The position numbers and the translations under genes are program-made. Shown in pieces: positions 1 through 9,446 of a DNA stretch of 64,000 bases; positions within the stretch are counted from its first letter, which is position 1, and every line of letters begins with the position of its first letter. The notes below the pieces were generated by a model. The model saw only the letters and a program-made list of their open reading frames with translations. It searched no databases and was not told the DNA's origin. This DNA comes from a virus, in IMG/VR virus record IMGVR_UViG_3300029891_000001, positions 32,001 through 96,000 of that record; one strand, 5' to 3'.

Positions 1-1
1 G

Positions 2-208
2 GATAAAGTAAAAATAATAAAAATAGATACTCAAGGAACAGAATTAGACATTTTATTAAAGATATATTCTAAAGCAAAGAATAATACCTTATTTATATGT
101 GAAGAAGACAAAAATTTAGAAGGAATATTACGAAATAATGAAGTAGAGTATAACAAAATAATGTATGACTTAATTTGGGTAAAAACAAAGGAGCTATATG
201 AAAGTTAA
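2..208 (+). CDS. 3' end of FkbM-family (Methyltransf_21-like) SAM methyltransferase, truncated by window edge
   Basis: Frame from base 2 reads DKVKIIKIDTQGTELDILL...YES*; KIDTQGTE matches the FkbM KID(V/T)(E/Q)G(A/x)E motif; TAA at 206-208. Confidence 0.55.
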   Translation, partial: DKVKIIKIDTQGTELDILLKIYSKAKNNTLFICEEDKNLEGILRNNEVEYNKIMYDLIWVKTKELYES

Positions 209-446
209 CTTAAAAGCTTGGGAAAGAAAGCCTATATTTACTCCCTTTAAAGATAATTGGAATAAATTTATTCCATTTATTAAAACATTTTGGAACAATA
301 AACATGTATCAAGTACAATATTTTGGGACGATGAACATATTCTTCCTCAATATTATGAAATGAATGTTGATACAAGTACTGCTACAAGTACTGCTACAAA
401 TGTTGCTATAAGCCATTATAATATACCAAATATATCGGGAGTATAA
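198..446 (+). CDS. Hypothetical protein, 82 aa, with TSTA repeat
   Basis: AAGGAG SD just upstream; start overlaps the end of the previous ORF; stop is 2 nt before the next ORF. Confidence 0.6.
   Translation: MKVNLKAWERKPIFTPFKDNWNKFIPFIKTFWNNKHVSSTIFWDDEHILPQYYEMNVDTSTATSTATNVAISHYNIPNISGV
371..406 (+). repeat. 12-bp tandem repeat x3 (TACAAGTACTGC x2, TACAAATGTTGC)
   Basis: Read directly from sequence; encodes TSTATSTATNVA. Confidence 0.85.
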
Positions 447-448
447 TA

Positions 449-1588
449 ATGTTATATTTAATAGATTTAGAGAGTTATAAAGAAAGATATACATATTGGT
501 GGAAAGATTACATTCCATCAGAATTTTTTAAATATAATCTTGAATTTGAAATTATAGAAGGAGGCCAATTAACTAAAACAGTTGATGTTGGTACAGTATT
601 AGATGCTGCTGGAACTAATTATTACAAATCTATCCAATTACAAAAAATATGCGAGTTATTTAAAGCGAATAGAATAAAAGACAATGATCATTTTCTTATA
701 GCTGATATATGGTTTCCTGGTATAGAGATGATAAGATATATGGCTAATTTATATCATAAAAAAGTATATATATGGGGTATATGGCACGCTGGTTCTATAA
801 CTATGGGTGATTTCGCACAAATTATGAATCCATGGTCTAAATATTTTGAATACGGATTTATTAATATGTGCGATGGAGTATTCGTAGGAAGCGAATATTC
901 TAAAAACTCTATATTAGAAAGATTAACTGTAGATTTCAAAATGACAGAAGAAGAATACAAATCATTATCTAAAAAAATACACGCATATGGTATGCCATTA
1001 GACTACAATTACTTGCAAAAATTTAATAATGTAGAAAAAGAAAATATTATTATCTTCCCACATAGACCAGACGAAGAAAAGGGAATAAATGAATTTTTAA
1101 ATTTAATTGAATATTTATTCATGAAGTGGGATAAAGTATTTGATTACACTTTTCTTTTCACTACTTCTAAATTAAAATATAAATCTCAATCAGAAATTAT
1201 AAACAATAGATTATCATTTTTACAATCTAATACCAATTTGAATAACAACATAATTATAAAAGAAAATCTTGATAAAGAAGAATATTATTCACTATTGGGC
1301 AAGTCTAAATTTATGATATCAACTTCTTTAGAAGAAAATTTTGGATATGTTGCAGTAGAAGCGTTAGCTCTTGGGTGCCATGTTTTAGTTCCCAATAATT
1401 TCTCATATCCAGAATTAGTAGAGGGAGATAAAAATTGTTTATATGATACTTTAGAAGAATTAGCTGATAAAATAAAACATTTTAATAAAAACGAGATAAT
1501 TAATAGAAACATTTTTCTTAATTATGCAGAACCATATAATAGAGTCGTGCATAAGTGGATAGGCATAATGATGGGGGTTATAACGTGA
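449..1588 (+). CDS. GT-B/GT4-like glycosyltransferase
   Basis: C-terminal FPHRPDEEKG and STSLEENFGYVAVEALALGC (E-x7-E) motifs, PNNFSYPELV. Confidence 0.85.
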   Translation: MLYLIDLESYKERYTYWWKDYIPSEFFKYNLEFEIIEGGQLTKTVDVGTVLDAAGTNYYKSIQLQKICELFKANRIKDNDHFLIADIWFPGIEMIRYMANLYHKKVYIWGIWHAGSITMGDFAQIMNPWSKYFEYGFINMCDGVFVGSEYSKNSILERLTVDFKMTEEEYKSLSKKIHAYGMPLDYNYLQKFNNVEKENIIIFPHRPDEEKGINEFLNLIEYLFMKWDKVFDYTFLFTTSKLKYKSQSEIINNRLSFLQSNTNLNNNIIIKENLDKEEYYSLLGKSKFMISTSLEENFGYVAVEALALGCHVLVPNNFSYPELVEGDKNCLYDTLEELADKIKHFNKNEIINRNIFLNYAEPYNRVVHKWIGIMMGVIT

Positions 1589-1779
1589 ATTTCATAGACT
1601 TAATAATAGGGATAATACTTACCACAATATTATTTATCTGTTGCACCGCATTAATAATATGGATGGTTAAATTTTCAAAAGAATTTAAGAAAGACATACT
1701 GAATGAAAACAATTTACATTCCAGCATTATTGACAGGGATAGAGAATCCGATAAAAAGATGTCTGATACCAGGGAATAA
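1585..1779 (+). CDS. Small single-TM membrane protein (likely GTG start at 1585; ORF track gives 1555)
   Basis: GGGGG SD then GTGA overlap with the upstream stop; hydrophobic LIIGIILTTILFICCTALIIWMV; overlaps the next gene by 77 nt. Confidence 0.45.
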   Translation: MNFIDLIIGIILTTILFICCTALIIWMVKFSKEFKKDILNENNLHSSIIDRDRESDKKMSDTRE

Positions 1780-2887
1780 ATTTGGTTTATGGAATGGATA
1801 TGATCCAGCTTGGTTTACTGATTTAAGTGTCTTCCAACATCCATACGTTTTAGTGTCTTATTATTATTCTGGGAAAATACCCAACTATAGAGAAAGATTA
1901 AGAATAAGACCAGAAGTAGAACTATGGGCAGATTCTGGGGGTTATTCTGTCTTTACTCAAGGAGCTAAAATAAATCCCATAGAAGTATTAAGATGGCAAG
2001 AAAAAAATTCTAATGTAGCATTTACATTAGACGTTCCCCCTGCATCTTCTGAAAATGTTGGAAGAGTATATCCAGGAAAAGTTCAATATCACGTGTTAGA
2101 TGAATTTGAAAAGTGTGCAGAACAAACAAGAAAAAATACTTTATTTTTTCAAGAAAATAGAAATTCTGATAAATTAAAGATATATAATATAGTTCAAGGA
2201 TATAATAAACAATCTCTAGAATTATGGTGGGATTATGTTACAAATGGAATAAAACTAGATGGATTTGGGACAGGGACTAAACCCACGAGTAACACTCTAA
2301 TGCAAGCCTTGTGCTTAATGTTCTTATATAGTAAGGGTGTAAGAGAGAATGTTCATTTATTGGGTGTAAGTGGGATTACTGTTATCCCATTGTTAGTTTG
2401 GGTATCTCAATATATCAAAAAAGTAACTTTTGACTCTACTAGTTATGGATATGGGTCTAGAACTAGAGCTTATATGTATCCAGATAAAATAAGAGAATAT
2501 ACTCATTTTGGGAAAAAATATAAGACTAAAATAAAACCCCTGACTAAGTTAAATTGCCCATGCCCGATATGCACTACTGTAAAAACTGTAGATTATTTTC
2601 TAGAAAATGATGTGACTTGGCCTGGATTGTTATTATCATTACATAACTTGTGGGTAACAAAAAAATATGTAGAAGATCTAGAAAGAGCTATATTAATAAG
2701 TAAAGAAGAATTTTTTAAGCTTTCTAAACAACATGTTGGGAATCATTATGAAAGTTTATTATTATCAATAAATTTTGTAGAAGAATGTATAAGTAAAGGA
2801 TTTGATGTAACTTATAATAAATACTTTGTAAATCATGAAGCAGAGAAGAGAAGATTTAAACAAAGGAAATTAACGTCATATGTCTAG
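1703..2887 (+). CDS. tRNA-guanine transglycosylase superfamily protein (archaeosine-TGT/DpdA-like), probable 7-deazaguanine insertion enzyme
   Basis: DSGGYS, TLDVPP, IVQG, HLLGV, FDSTSY (both catalytic Asp motifs present), Zn site CPCPIC...HNL. Confidence 0.8.
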   Translation: MKTIYIPALLTGIENPIKRCLIPGNKFGLWNGYDPAWFTDLSVFQHPYVLVSYYYSGKIPNYRERLRIRPEVELWADSGGYSVFTQGAKINPIEVLRWQEKNSNVAFTLDVPPASSENVGRVYPGKVQYHVLDEFEKCAEQTRKNTLFFQENRNSDKLKIYNIVQGYNKQSLELWWDYVTNGIKLDGFGTGTKPTSNTLMQALCLMFLYSKGVRENVHLLGVSGITVIPLLVWVSQYIKKVTFDSTSYGYGSRTRAYMYPDKIREYTHFGKKYKTKIKPLTKLNCPCPICTTVKTVDYFLENDVTWPGLLLSLHNLWVTKKYVEDLERAILISKEEFFKLSKQHVGNHYESLLLSINFVEECISKGFDVTYNKYFVNHEAEKRRFKQRKLTSYV

Positions 2888-3194
2888 AATATTTGCTCCA
2901 ACATTCCTTGGAAAACATACTTATCCCAATTATGATAAAATGATAGAAGAGATAGAAAATATCTTCAACGAAAATGATGATATTATTCTTGATTTAGAAT
3001 TTATATCTATTAAAGAAATAGACCCATATTTTACTTCTGTGTTAATAGAAATGTATAATAAAGATTTTACAGTAAGGACTAGAAGTAAAACTTACATTAA
3101 AAAATTACAAGATATTTTTAGAAGAAATGTTCTACAATATTCGCCAATTCTTATAAAAGAAGGATATTATCACATTAAAGTATATAAGGATTGA
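2880..3194 (+). CDS. Hypothetical protein (weak STAS-like resemblance)
   Basis: ORF coupled to the TGT gene; IILDLEFISIKEIDPYF segment loosely STAS-like. Confidence 0.5.
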   Translation: MSRIFAPTFLGKHTYPNYDKMIEEIENIFNENDDIILDLEFISIKEIDPYFTSVLIEMYNKDFTVRTRSKTYIKKLQDIFRRNVLQYSPILIKEGYYHIKVYKD

Positions 3195-3197
3195 ATT

Positions 3198-3398
3198 ATG
3201 GAAAATATAAAATATGGAATACAATGTAAGGAATGTAATGATAGAATTTTTTCTTTTTATCGTCATGATTTTAAGTGTTGTCAATGTAAATCTACATATA
3301 TAGATGGAGGAGATGACTATTTTAAAGTTAGTGGCGATCCAAATAATGTAGAAACAATTATATTTTGTGAAGAAATAGATATAATTAGAAAAAAATAA
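3198..3398 (+). CDS. Small Zn-ribbon protein common in phages
   Basis: IQCKECNDRIFSFYRHDFKCCQC...IDGG pattern. Confidence 0.7.
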   Translation: MENIKYGIQCKECNDRIFSFYRHDFKCCQCKSTYIDGGDDYFKVSGDPNNVETIIFCEEIDIIRKK

Positions 3399-3399
3399 A

Positions 3400-6300
3400 A
3401 TGGGTAACTTTTGTCATTTACATGGACATTCTGAATATTCTGCTTTAGATGGATTCAGTAAAATAATAGAAATACCAAAAAGAGCTAAAGAATTAAATCA
3501 AAATTCTATAGCATTAACAGATCATGGTTCTTTATCTGGAATTTACAAATTTTATAAAGCTTGTAAAGAAGAAAAAATAAAACCCATTCTAGGTATAGAA
3601 GGATATCTTTGTGATGATGTTAAGAAAAAGGGGGATATATATCATATAGTTTTATTATCAAAGAACGAAGAAGGATGGAGAAATATATTAAAATTGTTTA
3701 GAATATCTCATGAAAATATATATTATAAACCAAGAATAGATTTTGATATTTTAAATAAATATAAAAATGGAATAATTTGTTTAAGTGCTTGTTTACATGG
3801 GATTATAGCTAGACCAATATTGAAGGGAAATATGGAATTAGCTATAAAAAATACTGGAATAATGAAATCAATGTTTAAAGATGATTTTTATATAGAGATA
3901 ATGGATCATGGAATAGAAGAACAAAAATATATAAATGCTAATTTGAGAGAAATATCTAATAAATACGAAATCAAAAGAGTAGCTACAGTAGATTATCATT
4001 ATGTTTATAAAGAAGACGCCCCATTACAAGACATCCTTTTGTGCGACCAGATGAAAAGCACTATTGATAATCCAAAACGAATGAGAATGAAAACAGAAGA
4101 ATTCTATATTAAACACAGAGATGAAATTCCAGCAGAAAAAGAAGAATTAGACAATACTTTAGAAGTAGAAGAAAAATGTAATACTTCTATAAGAAAACAT
4201 AATTATCTATTGTTAAATATAGAAGATCATAATGATATGTTAATGAATGAAATTAATAATGGGCTAAAAGAAAGAAATTTAATAGAAAATGGTGAAATTA
4301 TCCCGATATATAAAGAAAGATTAAGAGAAGAATGGAAAGTAATTATAGAAAGTAATTTATCAACTTATTTATTGACTGTTTCTGATTATGTAAGATATGC
4401 TAAGAACAACAATATTCTAGTCGGGCCAGGAAGAGGAAGTGTAGGGGGATGTTTAATTGCGTATTTACTTGGGATTCATGATATAGATCCAATAAAACAC
4501 AAATTATTATTTAGTAGATTTTATAATCCAGGAAGAAAAAGTTCTCTCCCAGATATAGATATAGATTTTCCGTTAAATAAAATAGATCAAATTATTAAAT
4601 ATATAACTGATAAATATGAATATGAAAAAGTTTCTCATATTGGAACAAACACTTTTCTAGAAATGAAAGGAGCATTAAAACTCATATGCAGATGTCTTGG
4701 TGTTGGGTTTGATATTGCTAATCAATATAGTAAAATTTTAGATAGCCCAGAAGAAACTTTTATAAAAGAAAAAGAAGATTCTAATTTTAAATCATTATAT
4801 GACAAAGCTAAAAAATTCCATAAACTAGCGATGTATCAAAGCATCCATGCTGCCGGAATTATTATAAGTCCAATTAATTTAGAAAAATTAGTACCATTAA
4901 GATATAATAATGATAATTCTTTAGTGTCTTGTTGGGACATGAAAGATATAGAAGATATTGGGCTTATAAAATACGATATTTTACATCTTAATACGCTAGA
5001 TTCTATAGCAGAAACTATTGAAAAGATTGGGATAAAAATAAAAGATATTCCATTAGATGATCCTAAAACATTTCAATTAATAAATAATACTAACAATGTA
5101 GGTGTATTTCAGTTAAGTTCTGTGGGAATATCTAAATTAGCTAATCAATTAAAAGTAGAATCTATAGATGATATAGCTGTTGTTGTCGCTCTATATCGTC
5201 CTGGCCCACTTGCTTCTAATTTTCACAATATGTATATAAAAAGAAAATTTGGGGAAGAACCAGTAACTTATATTCATGAAAAACTAGAACCCATATTGAA
5301 AAGTACTTATGGGATATTAATCTATCAAGAACAAATTACAGCTATAGGCCAACATGTTGCTGGATTCTCTGAAACAGAAGCTGATAGTTTAAGAAAAGCA
5401 GTTGGTAAAAAAATACCAGAACTTATGAAAAAACAAGAAAAACCCTTTAAAGAGGGATGTCTTAATAATGGATTAGACAAAAAGAGTGTTGATACTTTAT
5501 GGGAGCAGATAAAAGAATTCGCTGAATATAGTTTTAATAGGAGCCATTCTGTGGCATACGCTTATATAACTTATTACACTGCTTATTTAAAAGCTCATTA
5601 CACAATAAACTTTATGTGTTCTTTATTAAATAATAATTTTAGAAAACCAGATAAATTATCTATATATTTAAAAGAATGTTCTAAACTTGATATTCAAGTA
5701 GTTACTCCTTCTGTAAATGGAGAATCAGATTTTTCTATTAAAAATAATAAAATTATATTCGGATTAAAGGGAGTAAAAGGATTAGGAGACAAAACGACAA
5801 ATGACATAGTAGAAATAAAAAACAGTAAAAAAAATAAATTATTTGAAGATTTCGATGATTTTTGTTTTTCTTGTCATCCTTCATCTGATATTCTAATTGA
5901 TCTTACAGAAGCCGGAGCTTTTGATGAATTCAAATATAATAGAAATGAAATTATAAGTTCTATTCAAATTATTTCAGAACAACTTAAAAAAGACAATAAA
6001 AAAAGTTCAAAAACTAAAAGCTTATTCAAAGTAAATAAAAATATAAATATTCAAAAATTAGAAGAATTACCAGAAGATATATTAGCAGATAAAGAATATG
6101 ACAGATTAGGTGTTTATATAAAATATAATCCATTAAACAAAAAAGACTTAGAAAATTATACCCCAGAAGAATTAACAGAATCTATCTCTATTGGGGGGTA
6201 TTTAAGAGAAATATCGAATAAATATACAAAAACAAATAAACTTATGGGAGTAGGAAATTTAGTAACTCTATATGGGGAAATAGAAGTTCTATTTTTCCCA

Positions 6301-6405
6301 AGTTTGTATGAAAAGAATAAGAATATTATAAGAAAAGGAAATTATATAGTAGTTGAAGGACAATACGACAATAAAATTTTAGCGAGAAAAGTATGGAGTA
6401 TATAA
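3400..6405 (+). CDS. dnaE: DNA polymerase III alpha subunit (family C)
   Basis: PHP domain HLHGHSEYSALDG/TDHG, GPGRGSVGG, catalytic LPDIDIDF, HAAG, VFQL, ALYRPGPL, YQEQ, FNRSHS, C-terminal OB fold; no intein seen. Confidence 0.95.
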   Translation: MGNFCHLHGHSEYSALDGFSKIIEIPKRAKELNQNSIALTDHGSLSGIYKFYKACKEEKIKPILGIEGYLCDDVKKKGDIYHIVLLSKNEEGWRNILKLFRISHENIYYKPRIDFDILNKYKNGIICLSACLHGIIARPILKGNMELAIKNTGIMKSMFKDDFYIEIMDHGIEEQKYINANLREISNKYEIKRVATVDYHYVYKEDAPLQDILLCDQMKSTIDNPKRMRMKTEEFYIKHRDEIPAEKEELDNTLEVEEKCNTSIRKHNYLLLNIEDHNDMLMNEINNGLKERNLIENGEIIPIYKERLREEWKVIIESNLSTYLLTVSDYVRYAKNNNILVGPGRGSVGGCLIAYLLGIHDIDPIKHKLLFSRFYNPGRKSSLPDIDIDFPLNKIDQIIKYITDKYEYEKVSHIGTNTFLEMKGALKLICRCLGVGFDIANQYSKILDSPEETFIKEKEDSNFKSLYDKAKKFHKLAMYQSIHAAGIIISPINLEKLVPLRYNNDNSLVSCWDMKDIEDIGLIKYDILHLNTLDSIAETIEKIGIKIKDIPLDDPKTFQLINNTNNVGVFQLSSVGISKLANQLKVESIDDIAVVVALYRPGPLASNFHNMYIKRKFGEEPVTYIHEKLEPILKSTYGILIYQEQITAIGQHVAGFSETEADSLRKAVGKKIPELMKKQEKPFKEGCLNNGLDKKSVDTLWEQIKEFAEYSFNRSHSVAYAYITYYTAYLKAHYTINFMCSLLNNNFRKPDKLSIYLKECSKLDIQVVTPSVNGESDFSIKNNKIIFGLKGVKGLGDKTTNDIVEIKNSKKNKLFEDFDDFCFSCHPSSDILIDLTEAGAFDEFKYNRNEIISSIQIISEQLKKDNKKSSKTKSLFKVNKNINIQKLEELPEDILADKEYDRLGVYIKYNPLNKKDLENYTPEELTESISIGGYLREISNKYTKTNKLMGVGNLVTLYGEIEVLFFPSLYEKNKNIIRKGNYIVVEGQYDNKILARKVWSI

Positions 6406-6662
6406 AAAACACAATTTTATATTTTATTTCTTATTTAGATATTTTAGCAAGTATCTTTCTACTAATAAGTTATAAAAAAATAGGGAATAAAGATGTAGAT
6501 GGATGGGGATATAATATAATCGGGTCATTCTTATTTGTCGTATGGGGTGTTACAATTCCATATCATGTGTCTAAAACTCCAGCTGTGGGGCTTATTATAT
6601 TAAATGCTATCTTTGTTGTCGTTGGGATATATAACTTATATAACTGGAAGAAAAATATATAA
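6393..6662 (+). CDS. Small three-TM membrane protein (PnuC/SemiSWEET-like size)
   Basis: Three hydrophobic segments; GWGYNIIG and GIYNLYNW. Confidence 0.6.
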   Translation: MEYIKNTILYFISYLDILASIFLLISYKKIGNKDVDGWGYNIIGSFLFVVWGVTIPYHVSKTPAVGLIILNAIFVVVGIYNLYNWKKNI

Positions 6663-6992
6663 ATGAGATTTATAAAATTAAACAAGCATTTTGGTATAGC
6701 CATTTGTCCGGGGTGTGGAAAGCCATCGGGAAGATCTCTGTTGAGCAATATGAATCAACAAGATAGGATGTGTTTTGCTTGTCGTGCCAAACAACCACAG
6801 GCCGAATCTGCCGAGAAAATAGACAAATTCATAAACGAATTTATAGTAACTTTTATTGAAGAAGTGCACGAATGGATAGGGCCTTCCATCGTAGAAAATT
6901 ATCCTGACCAGAGATATTCACATATCAAGCAAGCTCTAAAAAGAAAACTTATCGCATGGCTCGCGGCTCACGAAGCCAGAAAGAAGAATTAA
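6663..6992 (+). CDS. Hypothetical Zn-finger protein
   Basis: CPGC...CFAC; locally higher GC. Confidence 0.6.
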   Translation: MRFIKLNKHFGIAICPGCGKPSGRSLLSNMNQQDRMCFACRAKQPQAESAEKIDKFINEFIVTFIEEVHEWIGPSIVENYPDQRYSHIKQALKRKLIAWLAAHEARKKN

Positions 6993-6994
6993 CG

Positions 6995-7396
6995 ATGATT
7001 GAATCATTACAAAAATATTGGAAAGAAGCTGTTTGGATTTTTAGCGTTGTATTTATAGCATTTACTTTCTATTCATGGAAAGTTGAAGTAGAAGAAACTA
7101 AATAAAAAGTTGTTAAATTTGAAGAAACATTTCAAAATATAGCTCAAATAGCACAAAGACTTGAAAATCCTAATATATGGCTTAAAAATTATTTACTTTC
7201 TCATGGGGAAGACAGTTTATCAATAGAGGAATGGGTGTTTTATACAAGAAAAGTTCCACTAGATACACTAAAAAATCCAAGAAATAATGTTATTTTTTAT
7301 GATAGTACGATATTCCCAGAAGTAGGTGTTATTAATATGTATATATCTGGAGAATTAAAAACTTTAGACACATTGTGGGATTATAGAAGGAAATAA
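6995..7396 (+). pseudogene. 133-codon membrane-anchored protein ORF interrupted by one in-frame TAA (7103-7105)
   Basis: ATG 6995, TM segment AVWIFSVVFIAFTFYSW, TAA at codon 37, same frame then open to TAA 7394-7396; fills an otherwise empty gap. Confidence 0.6.
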
Positions 7397-7421
7397 TATA
7401 AATTATAAATAGGAATAAAAA

Positions 7422-7628
7422 ATGAGTATTAAAGTTCTTTTATATTCTCTGTTTCATACTCCTGTTAAATACGCAAAGTTATACGAATCAGAAGATAGTA
7501 AAAACATCTACAATACAACACAATGTGTATGGTCTACTGATAAAGTGTGGATTTATAAAGATGGAAAAATTATAGGCAAGAAACTAATGGATTTATGCAG
7601 AACCGAGATAATTAGGAAGGAATTATAA
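7422..7628 (+). CDS. Hypothetical protein
   Basis: AGGA SD upstream; stop/start overlap with the next gene. Confidence 0.6.
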   Translation: MSIKVLLYSLFHTPVKYAKLYESEDSKNIYNTTQCVWSTDKVWIYKDGKIIGKKLMDLCRTEIIRKEL

Positions 7629-8008
7629 TGACATTAAAAGAAAAAGTAAAATTATCCTATTCTTTATATCGTGAAGAATTGCAAAAATATGATTTTTTTA
7701 TATCTGGTAGTGTTGTTAATAATATTTTCAATGACAATACTAATATAGAAATAGTGATATATGACGAAGATGCTAGCAATGCTTATGATTACATAAGGAA
7801 TTTATATAATTCTAAAGAAATACAATTAGAGAGCGAAGAAACATTTATAGAAGAAGTAGAGATAAAACATAACAAAAAATTATATATTATTAATTTCAAA
7901 GATATTTATAAAACTAATCAAAGAGTATTCATATATATAACTAACAAAGAAAAAACAGAAAGAGATAAAACAAAAATTATAACTTTCGGGGAGTTTTTAC
8001 AATTATGA
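7628..8008 (+). CDS. Hypothetical protein, possibly degenerate nucleotidyltransferase fold
   Basis: FISGSV...NTNIEIVI resembles hGS-x10-DhDh with the first Asp lost. Confidence 0.5.
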   Translation: MTLKEKVKLSYSLYREELQKYDFFISGSVVNNIFNDNTNIEIVIYDEDASNAYDYIRNLYNSKEIQLESEETFIEEVEIKHNKKLYIINFKDIYKTNQRVFIYITNKEKTERDKTKIITFGEFLQL

Positions 8009-8886
8009 AATATATCTCAGCTTCACAAATAAACATATATTCTAATTGTTCTAGACAATATTATTTTCATTACATAGAAAAGATATTAAAACCAACATCT
8101 TCACCACACTTAGCGTTTGGATCTGCCTTACATGGTGCTTTAGAAAAATTAAATATCTCTATGGGAAGTGTGTTACTTACTTTAAGCGAAGTTTTTCAAG
8201 AATTTGATAAAATATGGAAAGAAAGCATAGAAAAAGAAGAGATTATTTTTAAAGGGAATATGCATGATGATCTATACGATATAGGACTAAAAAGTCTAGA
8301 ATTATATTATAAAGAATTCTTAAATTATGAGCCAATTATATATAAAAATATAGTGACAGGAGAAGTTAAATTCTCTGCTGAATGTGAATTCAAAGTACCC
8401 ATATACGATTTAGACGGAAACTACAATGAAAACTATGACTTATATGGGTTTATAGATTTAGTACTGAAAAAAGATAACAATATTTATATAGTAGATCATA
8501 AAACTGCGAAAGAAAAATACAAAGATTTCGATATAAATACTAGTATTCAATTATCGTTATACTCATACGCTTTTAGAGAAATGATAAAACAGGGATGTTT
8601 TCCAGATCTTAAAAGAAACAAAGAAGATTATGTAATGTATAACGTATTCGTAAAGAATTATAAGAATCATAAACCAGAAATTCAACAATGTAATAAAAAA
8701 ATTATGAAGAGAGATATTAACAATATTGTTTACATTATTAATAATTTTATAAAAGGAATAGAAAACGAAATATGGTTGCCAAATTTTGGTTCTCATTGTA
8801 ATTGGATGTGTGATTATAAAGAAGAATGCGAAAAATTCAAATTAAGCAGTAAAAAACTAAATCTAAAATCAAGAGAAATAATCTAA
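8005..8886 (+). CDS. PD-(D/E)XK exonuclease (Cas4/RecB-like, probable Fe-S)
   Basis: ISASQI..Y..C, FGSALH, GFIDLV, IVDHKT, QLSLY, C-terminal CNWMCDYKEEC. Confidence 0.85.
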   Translation: MKYISASQINIYSNCSRQYYFHYIEKILKPTSSPHLAFGSALHGALEKLNISMGSVLLTLSEVFQEFDKIWKESIEKEEIIFKGNMHDDLYDIGLKSLELYYKEFLNYEPIIYKNIVTGEVKFSAECEFKVPIYDLDGNYNENYDLYGFIDLVLKKDNNIYIVDHKTAKEKYKDFDINTSIQLSLYSYAFREMIKQGCFPDLKRNKEDYVMYNVFVKNYKNHKPEIQQCNKKIMKRDINNIVYIINNFIKGIENEIWLPNFGSHCNWMCDYKEECEKFKLSSKKLNLKSREII

Positions 8887-9431
8887 TGAACAATCTACTT
8901 CAAACTTACACGAACAAAATCATAGATGTAGTTAACCCAACAATAGATATGGTTGATATTATTGATATAGCTAGAGGGTTAGCATATACTTGTCGTTATG
9001 CTGGACAATGCCCCCATTATTATTCAGTAGCAGAACATAGTATTCATTGTTGCATTATGGCACAAAAATTACATTTAAGTTCTAATAGTATAAAATGGGC
9101 ATTATTACATGATGCTGCCGAAGCTTATATTGGAGATATAGCTAGACCGATAAAGTCAATAGTACCAGAATTTAAAAAAGTAGAAGATCATTTATTGGAA
9201 GTAATAGCATTAAAATTTAATTTAAAAACATATAAAATTCCAACGGAAGTTATAGAAATAGATAATAGAATGTTAACAACAGAAGCATATAATATGGGGA
9301 TGTCTTTACATTTATCCGAATTTTGGCATAAGGGTAAACCAAAATATCATGAATATACGATAAATTATTATGATCATGATGTAGCTGAAATAACCTTTTT
9401 AGAAATGGCCCATAAAATAGGTATAAGATAA
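8886..9431 (+). CDS. HD-domain phosphohydrolase (YfbR/YfdR-like deoxynucleotidase)
   Basis: CRYAGQ..YSVAEHS, ALLHDAAEAYIGDI. Confidence 0.85.
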   Translation: MNNLLQTYTNKIIDVVNPTIDMVDIIDIARGLAYTCRYAGQCPHYYSVAEHSIHCCIMAQKLHLSSNSIKWALLHDAAEAYIGDIARPIKSIVPEFKKVEDHLLEVIALKFNLKTYKIPTEVIEIDNRMLTTEAYNMGMSLHLSEFWHKGKPKYHEYTINYYDHDVAEITFLEMAHKIGIR

Positions 9432-9446
9432 AACACTGGTTATAGA

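Noticed and set aside
8005-8886. Cas4 of a CRISPR system
   Set aside because: No array or other cas genes; context is replication/recombination, where solo Cas4-like nucleases are common
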